The notes under the pieces are model-generated. The model did not search any database. It was not told the origin of the DNA and was given only the letters and a program-made list of their open reading frames with translations. This document shows, piece by piece, positions 1 to 9,086 of a stretch of 64,000 nt of DNA. The first letter of the stretch is position 1; every line of letters begins with the position of its first letter. The DNA is from a bacterium (lineage in GTDB: Bacteria; Patescibacteriota; Saccharimonadia; Saccharimonadales; Saccharimonadaceae): the NCBI GenBank assembly GCA_043724245.1, contig JAYSMZ010000018.1, forward strand, positions 626 to 64,625, given 5' to 3'. The position numbers and the translations under genes were made by a program.

Positions 1-382
1 CGAAATTGACGATTGCATAGGCCATAATCGCAACAACAAGCCCAACCACTGCATACAAAACCGTATCTTTGGCCGCTGTGACGTTTTTGGCATCACCGCC
101 CGAAATGGTATATCGGATACCTCCGTAAATAATCATTAGGACGCTGACTGCACCGATAATAAATAGAAAAACATTAACAATTGTCGTAAAAATACCAGAC
201 TTACAGGCGGCGGCGCCTGTTTTGCTGTTAGTAAACAGACAGACCTTATCGACACTGTCCCCCCGGGCAACTTTTGCGCCGTCAGTTAAATCTGACGCCG
301 AGGCAAATTGAGTAACACCCAACGCCAGCACTGGGATCATCAAAAGACCTGCTAACAAAATTCTGATTGATTTTATTTTCAT
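1..382 (-). CDS. T4SS pilin-like small membrane protein, paralog 1 (3' end runs off the window)
   Basis: Not in the ORF track because it is open at the window edge. ATG at 382-380. My translation: MKIKSIRILLAGLLMIPVLALGVTQFASASDLTDGAKVARGDSVDKVCLFTNSKTGAAACKSGIFTTIVN...IYGGIRYTISGGDAKNVTAAKDTVLYAVVGLVVAIMAYAIVNF. Signal peptide plus 2 TM helices, with the same C-terminal module as 409-819 and 954-1370. Confidence 0.75.
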   Translation of the reverse strand, partial: MKIKSIRILLAGLLMIPVLALGVTQFASASDLTDGAKVARGDSVDKVCLFTNSKTGAAACKSGIFTTIVNVFLFIIGAVSVLMIIYGGIRYTISGGDAKNVTAAKDTVLYAVVGLVVAIMAYAIVNF

Positions 383-408
383 ATTTTCCCCTTTTATTGT
401 TTTATAGA

Positions 409-819
409 TTATGCACCTGGTGTTAAGCTTGTGATAACAAAGTTGACGATTGCATAGGCCAAGATTGCAACAACAATCCCCACAATCGCATACAATATAG
501 TATTTTTGGCGGCGGTTACGTTTTTAGAATCACCGCCGGAAACTATATAGCGGATACCACCGTAAATCAGCATAAGGACACTGATTGCACCGATAAGGTA
601 AAGGGCGATGTTGGTAATTTTTTGAAAAATACCACCATTGCCAAATAAATCTGATGGTTGGCTTGATCCTTGCGCCGAGCTAGCACCACCAGCAGCTCCA
701 GTAGTAAAGTTTACAGCCGAAACAGTTTGCGACGTTGCTCCAGCTAAACTTAGCCCCAAAACCATTATAGGCACAGCCAAAATACCGGCAAAGATAGTTT
801 TTATTAATTTCATTTTCAT
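409..819 (-). CDS. T4SS pilin-like small membrane protein, paralog 2
   Basis: 136 aa. Signal peptide, short variable Gly/Ser-rich ectodomain, then two TM helices joined by IYGGIRYIVSGGDSKNVTAAKNTILYAIVG. This is TrbC/VirB2-like topology, within a tandem array of paralogs. Confidence 0.8.
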   Translation of the reverse strand: MKMKLIKTIFAGILAVPIMVLGLSLAGATSQTVSAVNFTTGAAGGASSAQGSSQPSDLFGNGGIFQKITNIALYLIGAISVLMLIYGGIRYIVSGGDSKNVTAAKNTILYAIVGIVVAILAYAIVNFVITSLTPGA

Positions 820-953
820 TTATTGCCTCCTTCTCGCTGTTCAAAAATGACCTGAAAGCGATTAATAACCTTGCTCTATTTATAACAGATAATCGCTTAT
901 ATTTAAATATCCGCCCATTAAGAAGGCGGATATTTTCTTTTTATCGGTAATTA

Positions 954-1370
954 TTATTTTGGAATCAATCCGGTAATAACAAAATTAACGATCGCATAAG
1001 CCAGAATTGCCACTATAAGACCTACGATTGCATATAAAATCGTGTCTTTGGCCGCTGTGACGTGTTTAGAATCACCGCCGGAAATCGTATAGCGAATGCC
1101 TCCGTAAATCAACATAATAACGGCAATTGCCCCGATTATGAATAAAAAGATGTTAACAATAGTTTGGAATATTCCACCGCTTCCAAAGAGTGTCGTCGGT
1201 GTATTATTGGTGTCGTCCCGCGTACATTCCACTCCATTTTCAAGTGTTGGATTGTCACAATTTGAATTTGCCGCAAAAGTGCTGGCTGGCATCATCATAC
1301 CAACCCCGACCGCCATTAGGGGCGCTGCCAATAACCCTGCTAGCATGATTTTGATTGATCGTATTTTCAT
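954..1370 (-). CDS. T4SS pilin-like small membrane protein, paralog 3
   Basis: 138 aa. Signal peptide, variable head containing a Cys pair (NCDNPTLENGVEC), and a conserved tail IYGGIRYTISGGDSKHVTAAKDTILYAIVGLIVAILAYAIVNFVIT. Confidence 0.8.
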   Translation of the reverse strand: MKIRSIKIMLAGLLAAPLMAVGVGMMMPASTFAANSNCDNPTLENGVECTRDDTNNTPTTLFGSGGIFQTIVNIFLFIIGAIAVIMLIYGGIRYTISGGDSKHVTAAKDTILYAIVGLIVAILAYAIVNFVITGLIPK

Positions 1371-1483
1371 TTAATTATTCCTTTCGCTATTTAGTATTTG
1401 TTCTTTACAAATTACATAAGCGGATTAGTTGTTAATACCTTTATAGCAGATAACCAATCTTTTGTTAATAGGTGTTTGGTTTA

Positions 1484-1873
1484 TTATGCCCCAAACTGTC
1501 CAATAATATAGTTTACGATTGCATATGCCATAATCGCAACTATCAGACCGACTACGGCGTACAGCAAGGTGTTTTTTGCCTTGGTTACCAGTGTCGCGTC
1601 CCCACCGGAAGTTGTGTAGGTAATGCCAGCTATAATTATGACGATAACTGAAACTGCCGCAAGAATAAACAACAAAGTATTGACTATTATCTTTACATAA
1701 TTTGGAAGTTTGTTTGTTGTTCTACTTTTACACAGGACAGAATTTGCTGCGGCTCCAGTACAGGAGTCCTTTAATGGGTCATAGGGAGCAGCACCGGCGT
1801 GTGCTGGTATCAAGAACAGACCAAAGCTTACGATAAAACCTAGAGTTAATATCAGATATTTAATTTTTTTCAT
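1484..1873 (-). CDS. T4SS pilin-like small membrane protein, paralog 4
   Basis: Same architecture, with head Cys pair (DSCTGAAANSVLC) and tail TYTTSGGDATLVTKAKNTLLYAVVGLIVAIMAYAIVNY. I prefer the internal ATG at 1873 (MKKIKYL..., preceded by a GGGGGA RBS-like run) over the track start at 1891. Confidence 0.75.
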   Translation of the reverse strand: MKKIKYLILTLGFIVSFGLFLIPAHAGAAPYDPLKDSCTGAAANSVLCKSRTTNKLPNYVKIIVNTLLFILAAVSVIVIIIAGITYTTSGGDATLVTKAKNTLLYAVVGLIVAIMAYAIVNYIIGQFGA

Positions 1874-1907
1874 CTTGCCGATGTCCCCCAATAATTTTTA
1901 TATGCCA

Positions 1908-2216
1908 TTAAAACTTTCCTGTCATTTTCCCTATCACAAATTGAGTTATAAAAAATGCCAGGATTACCACTATTAAACCGATAACGGAGTACAAGATGGC
2001 GTTCTTTGCCTTGGCTATTTTTGCCGGGTCGTACGATGCCGATGCAAATGAAAAACCGGAGAGAATAATAATTATTACCGCAACAGCCCCAACTATAAAA
2101 TATATCCCATCTAATACTCCTCCGAGTACGCTAACTGCGCTTGTGTGGGGAATACTGACTTCGGTAGTTTTAATCTTAACCGGATCTACTGCTGCTAATA
2201 TTTCTAATATCATCAT
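1908..2216 (-). CDS. Short divergent pilin-like two-TM protein, paralog 5
   Basis: 102 aa. Two TM helices with a linker ASASYDPAKIAKAKNAILYSVIGLIVVILAF that echoes the ..AAK.TILYA.VG.. module. There is no obvious signal peptide. 4-nt overlap with the upstream gene. Confidence 0.6.
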   Translation of the reverse strand: MMILEILAAVDPVKIKTTEVSIPHTSAVSVLGGVLDGIYFIVGAVAVIIIILSGFSFASASYDPAKIAKAKNAILYSVIGLIVVILAFFITQFVIGKMTGKF

Positions 2217-2653
2217 TTTATTACCTTATCAAATACAAAATTAACTAATGCTATCGCGGAAATCATCAAGACTAACCCCATAACGGCCATTGTCATTATC
2301 GAACGTGCCTTGGCGGCAGTTTCAGGTTTACCTTGGCTGATAATAAACATCCAGCCTCCAAACAAGAACATAAACCCAGACAAATAGGCGGCAACCACGA
2401 TTGCCATTTCAACTATATTAAGCACAATAAGCCAAATAAACCTACTTAACCCCCCGGCGCTGGCCGGACTTTTTATATTGCACTTGTTGTCAGTCAGGCC
2501 TCGGTACCATGACGGAAACCCCAAAAAGCCTTGATTACAACTATCAGAAAGGCCTGCAGCGCTTGTCGTTTGAGGCGTAGTAGTAACAACCATAACCCCG
2601 CCAACAGCCGCAATTATGACGAATGATGTTATCCAGTTACGTAAGCTTTTCAT
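2213..2653 (-). CDS. Divergent pilin-like membrane protein, paralog 6
   Basis: 146 aa. Signal peptide, Cys pair (DSCNQGF...NKC), two TM helices with a loop IISQGKPETAAKARSIMTMAVMGLVL. Overlaps neighbours by 4 nt on both sides. Confidence 0.65.
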   Translation of the reverse strand: MKSLRNWITSFVIIAAVGGVMVVTTTPQTTSAAGLSDSCNQGFLGFPSWYRGLTDNKCNIKSPASAGGLSRFIWLIVLNIVEMAIVVAAYLSGFMFLFGGWMFIISQGKPETAAKARSIMTMAVMGLVLMISAIALVNFVFDKVIK

Positions 2654-3039
2654 GGCGAAAACAGACCTCCTGGAATAATAAAATTCAAAAAGGCAAACAT
2701 GGCAGCGTATACTATTATGCCTAAAATTACATTCGATAAGAATATATTGGCTTTCTTAATCCTGTCAGGGCTGCCACCGGCCGTCATATACATAACAGAT
2801 CCAAACACTACTCCGCCAACAGCCGCAATCCCGACTCCGGCGGTAAGAAAATTTATTGCCATCAGTAACAATCCCCAAATACCAGTGTCCTTGATGTTTG
2901 TTTTAGATTTTCCCTCCGTACAAGATATTATCGAAGTCTTGACGCCACCACACGTCGCGGCAGATGCAACAGGGCCAACAAAAACACCAGTCAGCCCTAT
3001 TATTAACCCAATTAAAAGTATTGTTTGTTTTATTTTCAT
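2650..3039 (-). CDS. Divergent pilin-like membrane protein, paralog 7 (first gene of the array)
   Basis: Signal peptide MKIKQTILLIGL..., Cys pair (ATCGGVKTSIISC), two TM helices with a loop MTAGGSPDRIKKANIFLSNVILGIIV. I prefer the ATG at 3039, which matches the MK.K starts of the paralogs, over the track start at 3078. Confidence 0.65.
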   Translation of the reverse strand: MKIKQTILLIGLIIGLTGVFVGPVASAATCGGVKTSIISCTEGKSKTNIKDTGIWGLLLMAINFLTAGVGIAAVGGVVFGSVMYMTAGGSPDRIKKANIFLSNVILGIIVYAAMFAFLNFIIPGGLFSP

Positions 3040-3188
3040 GCCTATTAATAAAGTACGATAAAAACTAGTATTACGCAAGTGTTTTAGAAAAACGTTATCA
3101 GATTAGTATTGCATTTTTTGCGTTTTTAGTGTATAAATATCTGTAACAACTTGGTTACTAATTATTAGCGTATGAAGGGATATAAACC

Positions 3189-4019
3189 GTGAAAAGTGAA
3201 TCAATAACAGATTGTGGTCATGAACGTAAGAAGTTTTCACCAAAGAAAGCAGTTGCGTCTGTAGCCGCGTTTGCGGTTTTTGCTACAGCTGGTATAGGTT
3301 GCGGCAAAGAGTTAACCAAAAGCCAGCCTCAACCAAAACCGACAAAAACCGAAATTGCTAGCCCAAGTCCCGAAGCAACCCCTGCTAACGTAGATATGTT
3401 TACCAACGCCATGGAAAAATACAAGAGAATGGACGTTGAAACGTTCGATGAATTACCATTTGACGAACGATTGCAGTATTCACAGTACGCAATAGACCTT
3501 ACTGTTTTGTCTGGCGAATATAAAGTTCTCTATGGACAAGCAAAATCCCGCGAATACAAGATAAAACCCGAGCCAGTTTCTATTGACAGCAACGGACAAG
3601 AAATATTAGACGCTAATTTATACAACAGACAATTGGCATATATCAATGTCGGTGACGGTAAAAGCACAGGCGATTGGGCGGTTAATTATGATACCAGAGA
3701 CGGCGAAAAGATTTTTAATAGCGTTTATTATGAGACTAGAAAAGGTAAGATGGTTTCCGTTGATTATCTTGATAACGTAGCAGAGCTAGAAAAAATGGGG
3801 AAAAGCGAACAAGACATGTTCTTAAAAAATAAATGGACCGCAACAGGAACAAGCGATCTTATGTCGGGCAAGGATAGGCAAGGTAATACAATTCAGTATA
3901 AAAACGTCAAATTTCATAATCAAGACGGCAAGGATTTTGAGGGAAAGTTTATTTATAAAACATATGAAAATTATGACGGTAATGAACAAGGGGTCTGGTT
4001 ACTGGATTTTTTCTATTAA
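3189..4019 (+). CDS. Putative lipoprotein, unknown function
   Basis: 276 aa. The N-terminal hydrophobic segment ends in a lipobox-like ATAGIGC. It is followed by a Pro/Thr-rich linker and a soluble domain. Divergent from the pilin array. Confidence 0.55.
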   Translation: MKSESITDCGHERKKFSPKKAVASVAAFAVFATAGIGCGKELTKSQPQPKPTKTEIASPSPEATPANVDMFTNAMEKYKRMDVETFDELPFDERLQYSQYAIDLTVLSGEYKVLYGQAKSREYKIKPEPVSIDSNGQEILDANLYNRQLAYINVGDGKSTGDWAVNYDTRDGEKIFNSVYYETRKGKMVSVDYLDNVAELEKMGKSEQDMFLKNKWTATGTSDLMSGKDRQGNTIQYKNVKFHNQDGKDFEGKFIYKTYENYDGNEQGVWLLDFFY

Positions 4020-4136
4020 AAAATTTGTTTAATAAAATGTATAATCTAAATCGAGAAAAACAACTATTTTTTAAGTTGACATGAAATCTAATACATTCTT
4101 GTATAACCATAGCCCTTGTGGTTAAATGTAGATATC

Positions 4137-7100
4137 ATGTGGCGCAAACACACATTCAAAAAAATTATTCTATTCTCGATGATTACATTGATCACATTTG
4201 GAATGGTCGAGCCTCTATTTATGACTACCGTTCGGGCCTTTGGGTCAGGAGGAGGAAGTACTGGCGGAACCTCTACCCACCTCTCCGACAAATTCACTCC
4301 AGTAGATGGTGCTCGATCATGGCTGTACCTTCGAATGCTATCTTATTGTTTTTCAATTACTCCACTGATTGACGGTGATAAAATATCGGCGGAACACGCA
4401 GAAAAAATAAATTGGTTCAAGGATCCAGGATATCAACCTGTCTATAATAATGGTGTAGCTGGTCCACCTAAACTGGATTTGATTGAAGACAACAGTTTTC
4501 TATCTGAGGCCGGATTCACTAGTGGTGTTAGTTGTTACAAATTTGAAGACACTCCCTCCACCAATAAATCGAGTTGGATACGGAATGCTGTTAAATTGTG
4601 GGGATATGATTCGGCAGCCTCAGCACTTTGTGACTTTGGGTTTGTGCGCGCAAACAGCCCGAATGACAGTGGGAATGATTGTGTGAATGGCAGCGGAGAT
4701 TTTAAGAGCCCAAACGGCACTAGGCTTGATTCTGATAAATTCAGACTAAGCGTTCTGTCAAAGGTTTACGGTGGAAATTTTGGTAATGACCCAACATTAA
4801 CAAAAGCACAAAATTATACATTTAATTGGTATTCATTTAGAGACCGTTGTTTGGGACTTGCAAATAGTATGACGCCATCCAATGCTGGTCCTGCCGAGAG
4901 ACAATATCATGTCAATGTGGTAGATAATTCGACTGGTAGGGTATCTAGAGTGGCATTTGTTGGCATGAAACCAAGAACAGAAACAATTTACAATCTTACG
5001 TCTATACAATCTCCTCAACGAGGCAATCTGAGCGCCCAATGCGGTGCAATGGAAGCAGTAATAAATGCTAATGCCGCTGCTCTTTCGACATGGATCAAGA
5101 ACAATATAAAAAATGGTGGAGGTGGTAATGTAGTTGACCCAACAAGCAATGAGGCTTTGAATCCTAGCGGCGGCACGAATAATAACACAACAGATAACAG
5201 TTGCGGGGCACAGGTATCAGGGATTGGATGGATAATTTGTCCTATTATAAGTGCATTGACGAAATTAGATGACGGGATGTGGTCATTAGTGTCGGGTCTT
5301 TTAAACGTCAGCCCAATCAAACAATCCAACCAAGCCAAAAGTATTTACAGTGCTTGGGGTTCAATCCGAAGTATCGCAAATATTCTTTTTGTAATATTTT
5401 TCCTTGTCATTATATTTTCTCAATTAACAGGCGCCGGTATCACGAATTATGGTGTCAAAAAAATGTTGCCGAAGATAATTATTGCGGCAATCTTGGTTAA
5501 CGTTTCGTTCATTATTATTCAGCTTGCTGTGGATTTGGCTAATATCATAGGCTCGAGTCTTTATAACTTCATCGTTGGTATGGCACCAGCATACACAGTA
5601 GGATGGGGTAGTGCGTTAGACATACTGGTAGGTGTTGCGGGAGCCGGAGCTGCGGCTGTTGGTGTAGTGGCTTTAGCCGGAGGACCGACTGCCTTATTCT
5701 TTATCTTGTTGGGACTTGCCTTAATAAGCGCGCTTGGATTATTAACAGCGGTTCTTACGCTTATATTTCGTCAGGCCGCTATAATTGTCTTGGCTATACT
5801 TGCACCATTAGCCTTCGTAGCCTATCTGCTTCCAAATACCGAAAGTTGGTTTAAAAAATGGAGAGGATTACTGTTGTCAATGTTAATGATGTATCCGATG
5901 GCTGCACTTATTTTTGCTGGCGCACAATTTGCAGCAGCGACAATTATCGGCAATGGCAAAGACTTTTGGAATATAATGATTGGACTGACAATGATGGCCT
6001 TGCCACTATTTTCTTTGCCATTCATAGCCAGACAAGGTGGTTCAATATTATCCAGGGTCAACGGTGCGTTACAAGGCGTGGCTAATCGGGCGAACCAGCC
6101 GATAAGAGACACGGCCAAAAGCTTCTCGGACAGCGCCGCCGCCAGGTTTCGAGCCAACAACGCGGATCAACGTGGCGGAGTATTAGGGGGCTTCCAGCGA
6201 GTTGGTAGAGGCCTTAGCTATCCTTCACGACACCTTAGTAGGGCATGGGAGGGTGCACGACTAAACCGCGAAGCCCAAACCGAAACAGCACAAAGTGAGC
6301 TCAAATCACAACTAGGCCGTAATCAGGTTCGTGGTATGTTCGGCAGAAGAATCAGGGGCCAAGAGACGGACGTAGCAGCAGCCGCAGCCAAGGAGATGCT
6401 GGCCCAAAACGCAACAATGACAAGCACAAGATTGAAAGAACAAAACCCTACAATAAACGCCAGGCATGGTGAAACAATGGGGTTAAATGAGCGTGGATAT
6501 GCGGCAGAAGGGAATAAAAAGGTCGCTGAGGCAAGGGTTAAGGAGGGCTTAATGGAAAATAGAGGATTTGATGAACTCAGACGACAAATTGACCACTCTG
6601 AATCTATCGCGGGCGCCGCGGAAAATCGAGCCGCGGGACGAGTCGAACGAGACCCGACTACATTACAAGTACGAAGAGATGCTTTCGAAGCCGAGGCTGA
6701 CCTTAATACTGATAAAAAGTGGACTGAAACGGGAATTGGAATCGACTCCACGCTAGACGACACAAGAGCAAGATTAGAGGAAGCAACAGTGGCAGCAGAA
6801 GGTGCAACTAGCGACGCGGCAGCCCTCACTGAATTGGACCCTCGCGTCCAGACAATGAAATCCTATGCCGAAGGTGCAAAAATGAGACACGAGGCAGCCC
6901 AAGAAGTAACCAAACAAACGATTGCAGATGACCCAACATTAGATGCCGATAGAGATCGGCTTGAAAATGCAAAGACGATCGCAGATACAGCGACGAAACT
7001 TGCTAGTGACAGAACCGAAGCTAAACCTGAGATATTAAGGGCAAGGGCTGCGAATAAAGCTGCTGAGCGCAAACTGGACACAACTAAAAAGAATGTGCAG

Positions 7101-8267
7101 ACAACTATTACGAGTGCTAGTTCAGATACCCCATCGGCAGAAGCAATCGCAGGCATCGATGCGGCAACGAGACTCTCACTACATACCACTGCAGTTGAAG
7201 AGGAAAGAGCCAAGCAAGAAAGTGACGAGGCTACGGATACACTAGCAACTGACCTCGAAAATAATCTGACATTACAAGATGAGCGATTGGCAGCCGCAAC
7301 TGCCAAAAAGGAACATGAGGCAGCAACCTCACAAAATACTCAACTTGTCACTGAAGCAACGTCAGGAGTGAAAGCAGAACCAGGCTCGAGATTGGCCGGA
7401 GTTGACGCTACAATACGAACTAGGCTGCAAACGGCACAGTTTGCAGCCAGTAATGCAGCCAGCGCAACTAGCCAAGCGCAACGTGAAATAACCTATGACT
7501 ATACAGAGGAGTTGTTGGACGATTCAACAGGTGCCGCAACGGCGGCGGCTGGCATAGGCGGACAAGAGGCAGAGGTCCGAGTTAAAGCTGGTGCAACTGC
7601 CGCACAATCAAAGCAGATGCAGGAGGACGTATCTGCAAATAAAACATTATTCGCCGAAAGAGGCCTAACGACTGGTGACGATCCAAAAGAATCAGCCGAT
7701 AAGCACCAGATACTAGACATTATTGTAAATGGCGTAGTACCAGGTGTTGGCGGTGCCCCGCCGACCACGGCAACAACGGAAGAGTTAATAACGGCTGATG
7801 AAATGATGGTTGATACTACCTCGAGGATGGGCATGGCACAAACATGGGACGCGATTGCAGCTATGCCTGGAGGACCTACCGCGACAGAAGAACAAAGAAC
7901 GGCAAAACGACGTCGAGCACAGGCATTTCGAGATTCTCTTAAACGGTCCGGCAATAGTCCAAAGTTCATTGGTGGTGCCGCTATGGGCGATCTTGCTGCC
8001 GGCACACCAAGCGATACTTATATGACTCTGGCTAAAAAAGTCATGCAAAAAACAAAGATTTCCGCTGGCGACTTTCTTGGCTTAGATAAGGACGAAATTG
8101 GTATATACGGCGCCGTTCTTGCAGATGACCCTAGTGTATTGAGCAATGACCAGAAAGAAGCCCTTCGTGTATCTATAGAAGAAGCTTATGAAGATAAGGA
8201 CATCAGAGGTCATCTATCTCAGGAAAAAAGAGACCGGATGGACGCGCTTTACGGTCTCTTGTCGTAA
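4137..8267 (+). CDS. Giant VirB6/TrbL-like polytopic T4SS membrane protein with long Ala/Glu-rich C-terminal tail
   Basis: N-terminal signal/TM, then a ~380-aa Cys-containing ectodomain. A block of about 6-7 hydrophobic helices follows (e.g. ILFVIFFLVIIFSQL, AILVNVSFIIIQLAVDLANIIG, LAILAPLAFVAYLLPNTESWFKKW), as in VirB6/TrbL. After that comes a ~740-aa low-complexity, coiled-coil-like tail. ATG 4137 (MWRKHTFKK) is preferred over TTG 4116. Confidence 0.7.
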   Translation: MWRKHTFKKIILFSMITLITFGMVEPLFMTTVRAFGSGGGSTGGTSTHLSDKFTPVDGARSWLYLRMLSYCFSITPLIDGDKISAEHAEKINWFKDPGYQPVYNNGVAGPPKLDLIEDNSFLSEAGFTSGVSCYKFEDTPSTNKSSWIRNAVKLWGYDSAASALCDFGFVRANSPNDSGNDCVNGSGDFKSPNGTRLDSDKFRLSVLSKVYGGNFGNDPTLTKAQNYTFNWYSFRDRCLGLANSMTPSNAGPAERQYHVNVVDNSTGRVSRVAFVGMKPRTETIYNLTSIQSPQRGNLSAQCGAMEAVINANAAALSTWIKNNIKNGGGGNVVDPTSNEALNPSGGTNNNTTDNSCGAQVSGIGWIICPIISALTKLDDGMWSLVSGLLNVSPIKQSNQAKSIYSAWGSIRSIANILFVIFFLVIIFSQLTGAGITNYGVKKMLPKIIIAAILVNVSFIIIQLAVDLANIIGSSLYNFIVGMAPAYTVGWGSALDILVGVAGAGAAAVGVVALAGGPTALFFILLGLALISALGLLTAVLTLIFRQAAIIVLAILAPLAFVAYLLPNTESWFKKWRGLLLSMLMMYPMAALIFAGAQFAAATIIGNGKDFWNIMIGLTMMALPLFSLPFIARQGGSILSRVNGALQGVANRANQPIRDTAKSFSDSAAARFRANNADQRGGVLGGFQRVGRGLSYPSRHLSRAWEGARLNREAQTETAQSELKSQLGRNQVRGMFGRRIRGQETDVAAAAAKEMLAQNATMTSTRLKEQNPTINARHGETMGLNERGYAAEGNKKVAEARVKEGLMENRGFDELRRQIDHSESIAGAAENRAAGRVERDPTTLQVRRDAFEAEADLNTDKKWTETGIGIDSTLDDTRARLEEATVAAEGATSDAAALTELDPRVQTMKSYAEGAKMRHEAAQEVTKQTIADDPTLDADRDRLENAKTIADTATKLASDRTEAKPEILRARAANKAAERKLDTTKKNVQTTITSASSDTPSAEAIAGIDAATRLSLHTTAVEEERAKQESDEATDTLATDLENNLTLQDERLAAATAKKEHEAATSQNTQLVTEATSGVKAEPGSRLAGVDATIRTRLQTAQFAASNAASATSQAQREITYDYTEELLDDSTGAATAAAGIGGQEAEVRVKAGATAAQSKQMQEDVSANKTLFAERGLTTGDDPKESADKHQILDIIVNGVVPGVGGAPPTTATTEELITADEMMVDTTSRMGMAQTWDAIAAMPGGPTATEEQRTAKRRRAQAFRDSLKRSGNSPKFIGGAAMGDLAAGTPSDTYMTLAKKVMQKTKISAGDFLGLDKDEIGIYGAVLADDPSVLSNDQKEALRVSIEEAYEDKDIRGHLSQEKRDRMDALYGLLS

Positions 8268-8302
8268 GAGAAAAAATATTAATATCTTTCACGCCGAATT
8301 TT

Positions 8303-8334
8303 TTATACTATAAGCTGTATGGCGGTATATAAAG
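8303..8334 (+). repeat. Direct repeat copy 1 (32 bp; duplicate of the 5' end of the prgI-like gene)
   Basis: ttatactataagcTgtatggcggtatataaag, versus 9087-9118 ttatactataagcAgtatggcggtatataaag. That is 31/32 identical. Confidence 0.9.
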
Positions 8335-8382
8335 GTATACAAAATGGTAGATGTTAGTCAGTAGATAGTAATTAGCGAATGT

Positions 8383-8718
8383 TTATTTATTCAACCGACT
8401 AGCAACAGCAAACTGCATAAAATATCGCTCCAAGTTTTGGTCTTGACCCGATTTACCAGCATCACTTAATATGGCCGTTAGATACACTTCTTTAGCTCGT
8501 AATACTTCTTTGGATTTGGGGGATTTATTGGCAATTAACGTTGATATGGTCGCATCAAACAAATCAATCGCACGCCTTACGGCCTGCAAACAACCCTCAT
8601 TGTCATCGCGGCGCTTAGCACTAAAAGACCTGCCGACCTCGCTTGAAATATTGCCCATTTGGTTAAAAATATTCATTTTCGACCAGCGCTCCTGGTCAAC
8701 TGCGTATGACTCATTCAT
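8383..8718 (-). CDS. Hypothetical helical protein (cassette gene 2)
   Basis: 111-aa ORF with a 4-nt overlap with the upstream gene. I recognise no motif. Confidence 0.5.
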   Translation of the reverse strand: MNESYAVDQERWSKMNIFNQMGNISSEVGRSFSAKRRDDNEGCLQAVRRAIDLFDATISTLIANKSPKSKEVLRAKEVYLTAILSDAGKSGQDQNLERYFMQFAVASRLNK

Positions 8719-9056
8719 TGTTTGACTTTCTCGGCAACCAGCAATGTTATTTGTTTTCGAAGATTTTCATCATCAACGCCACGAGACATATTTTGTTGCC
8801 TTGGCCGGATATTTATCATCGAGTCAAATTCAATAAATTCGTCCGTACCAAACTTTGCAGGATATAGGTTGATACCCCATAAATCATCTTGTTTCGAGCC
8901 ACTTTCTAACAATTTTTGCTCGGCATCTACGTGCATTTCTACATCTACAACCATAGCCTTTTTCTCAAGGTCAACAACAGCCTTCACTAGATTGCCGTAC
9001 ATCTTTTGCGCCATTTCGTTCAATTCAACGGCTGTTATCATATCAATCTGTTTCAT
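8715..9056 (-). CDS. Small conserved hypothetical protein, DUF5674-like (cassette gene 1)
   Basis: 113 aa. The pattern ...GNLVKAVVDLEKKAMVVDVEMHVDAEQKLLESGSKQDDLWGINLYP...FDSMINIRP... matches my recollection of the DUF5674 family. The function is unknown. Confidence 0.5.
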   Translation of the reverse strand: MKQIDMITAVELNEMAQKMYGNLVKAVVDLEKKAMVVDVEMHVDAEQKLLESGSKQDDLWGINLYPAKFGTDEFIEFDSMINIRPRQQNMSRGVDDENLRKQITLLVAEKVKQ

Positions 9057-9086
9057 ATAGATAGTATACCAGAGCGGAAAGGTGAG

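Noticed and set aside
6323-8005. Long minus-strand ORFs (168, 147 and 168 aa at 6323-6829, 6863-7306 and 7499-8005) antisense to the VirB6-like tail.
   Set aside because: They lie entirely within a strongly supported 1.38-kaa plus-strand gene. Their Ala/Ser/Val-rich, low-complexity translations are the expected shadow of a GCN/GAR-rich coding region. They have no start context or motifs.
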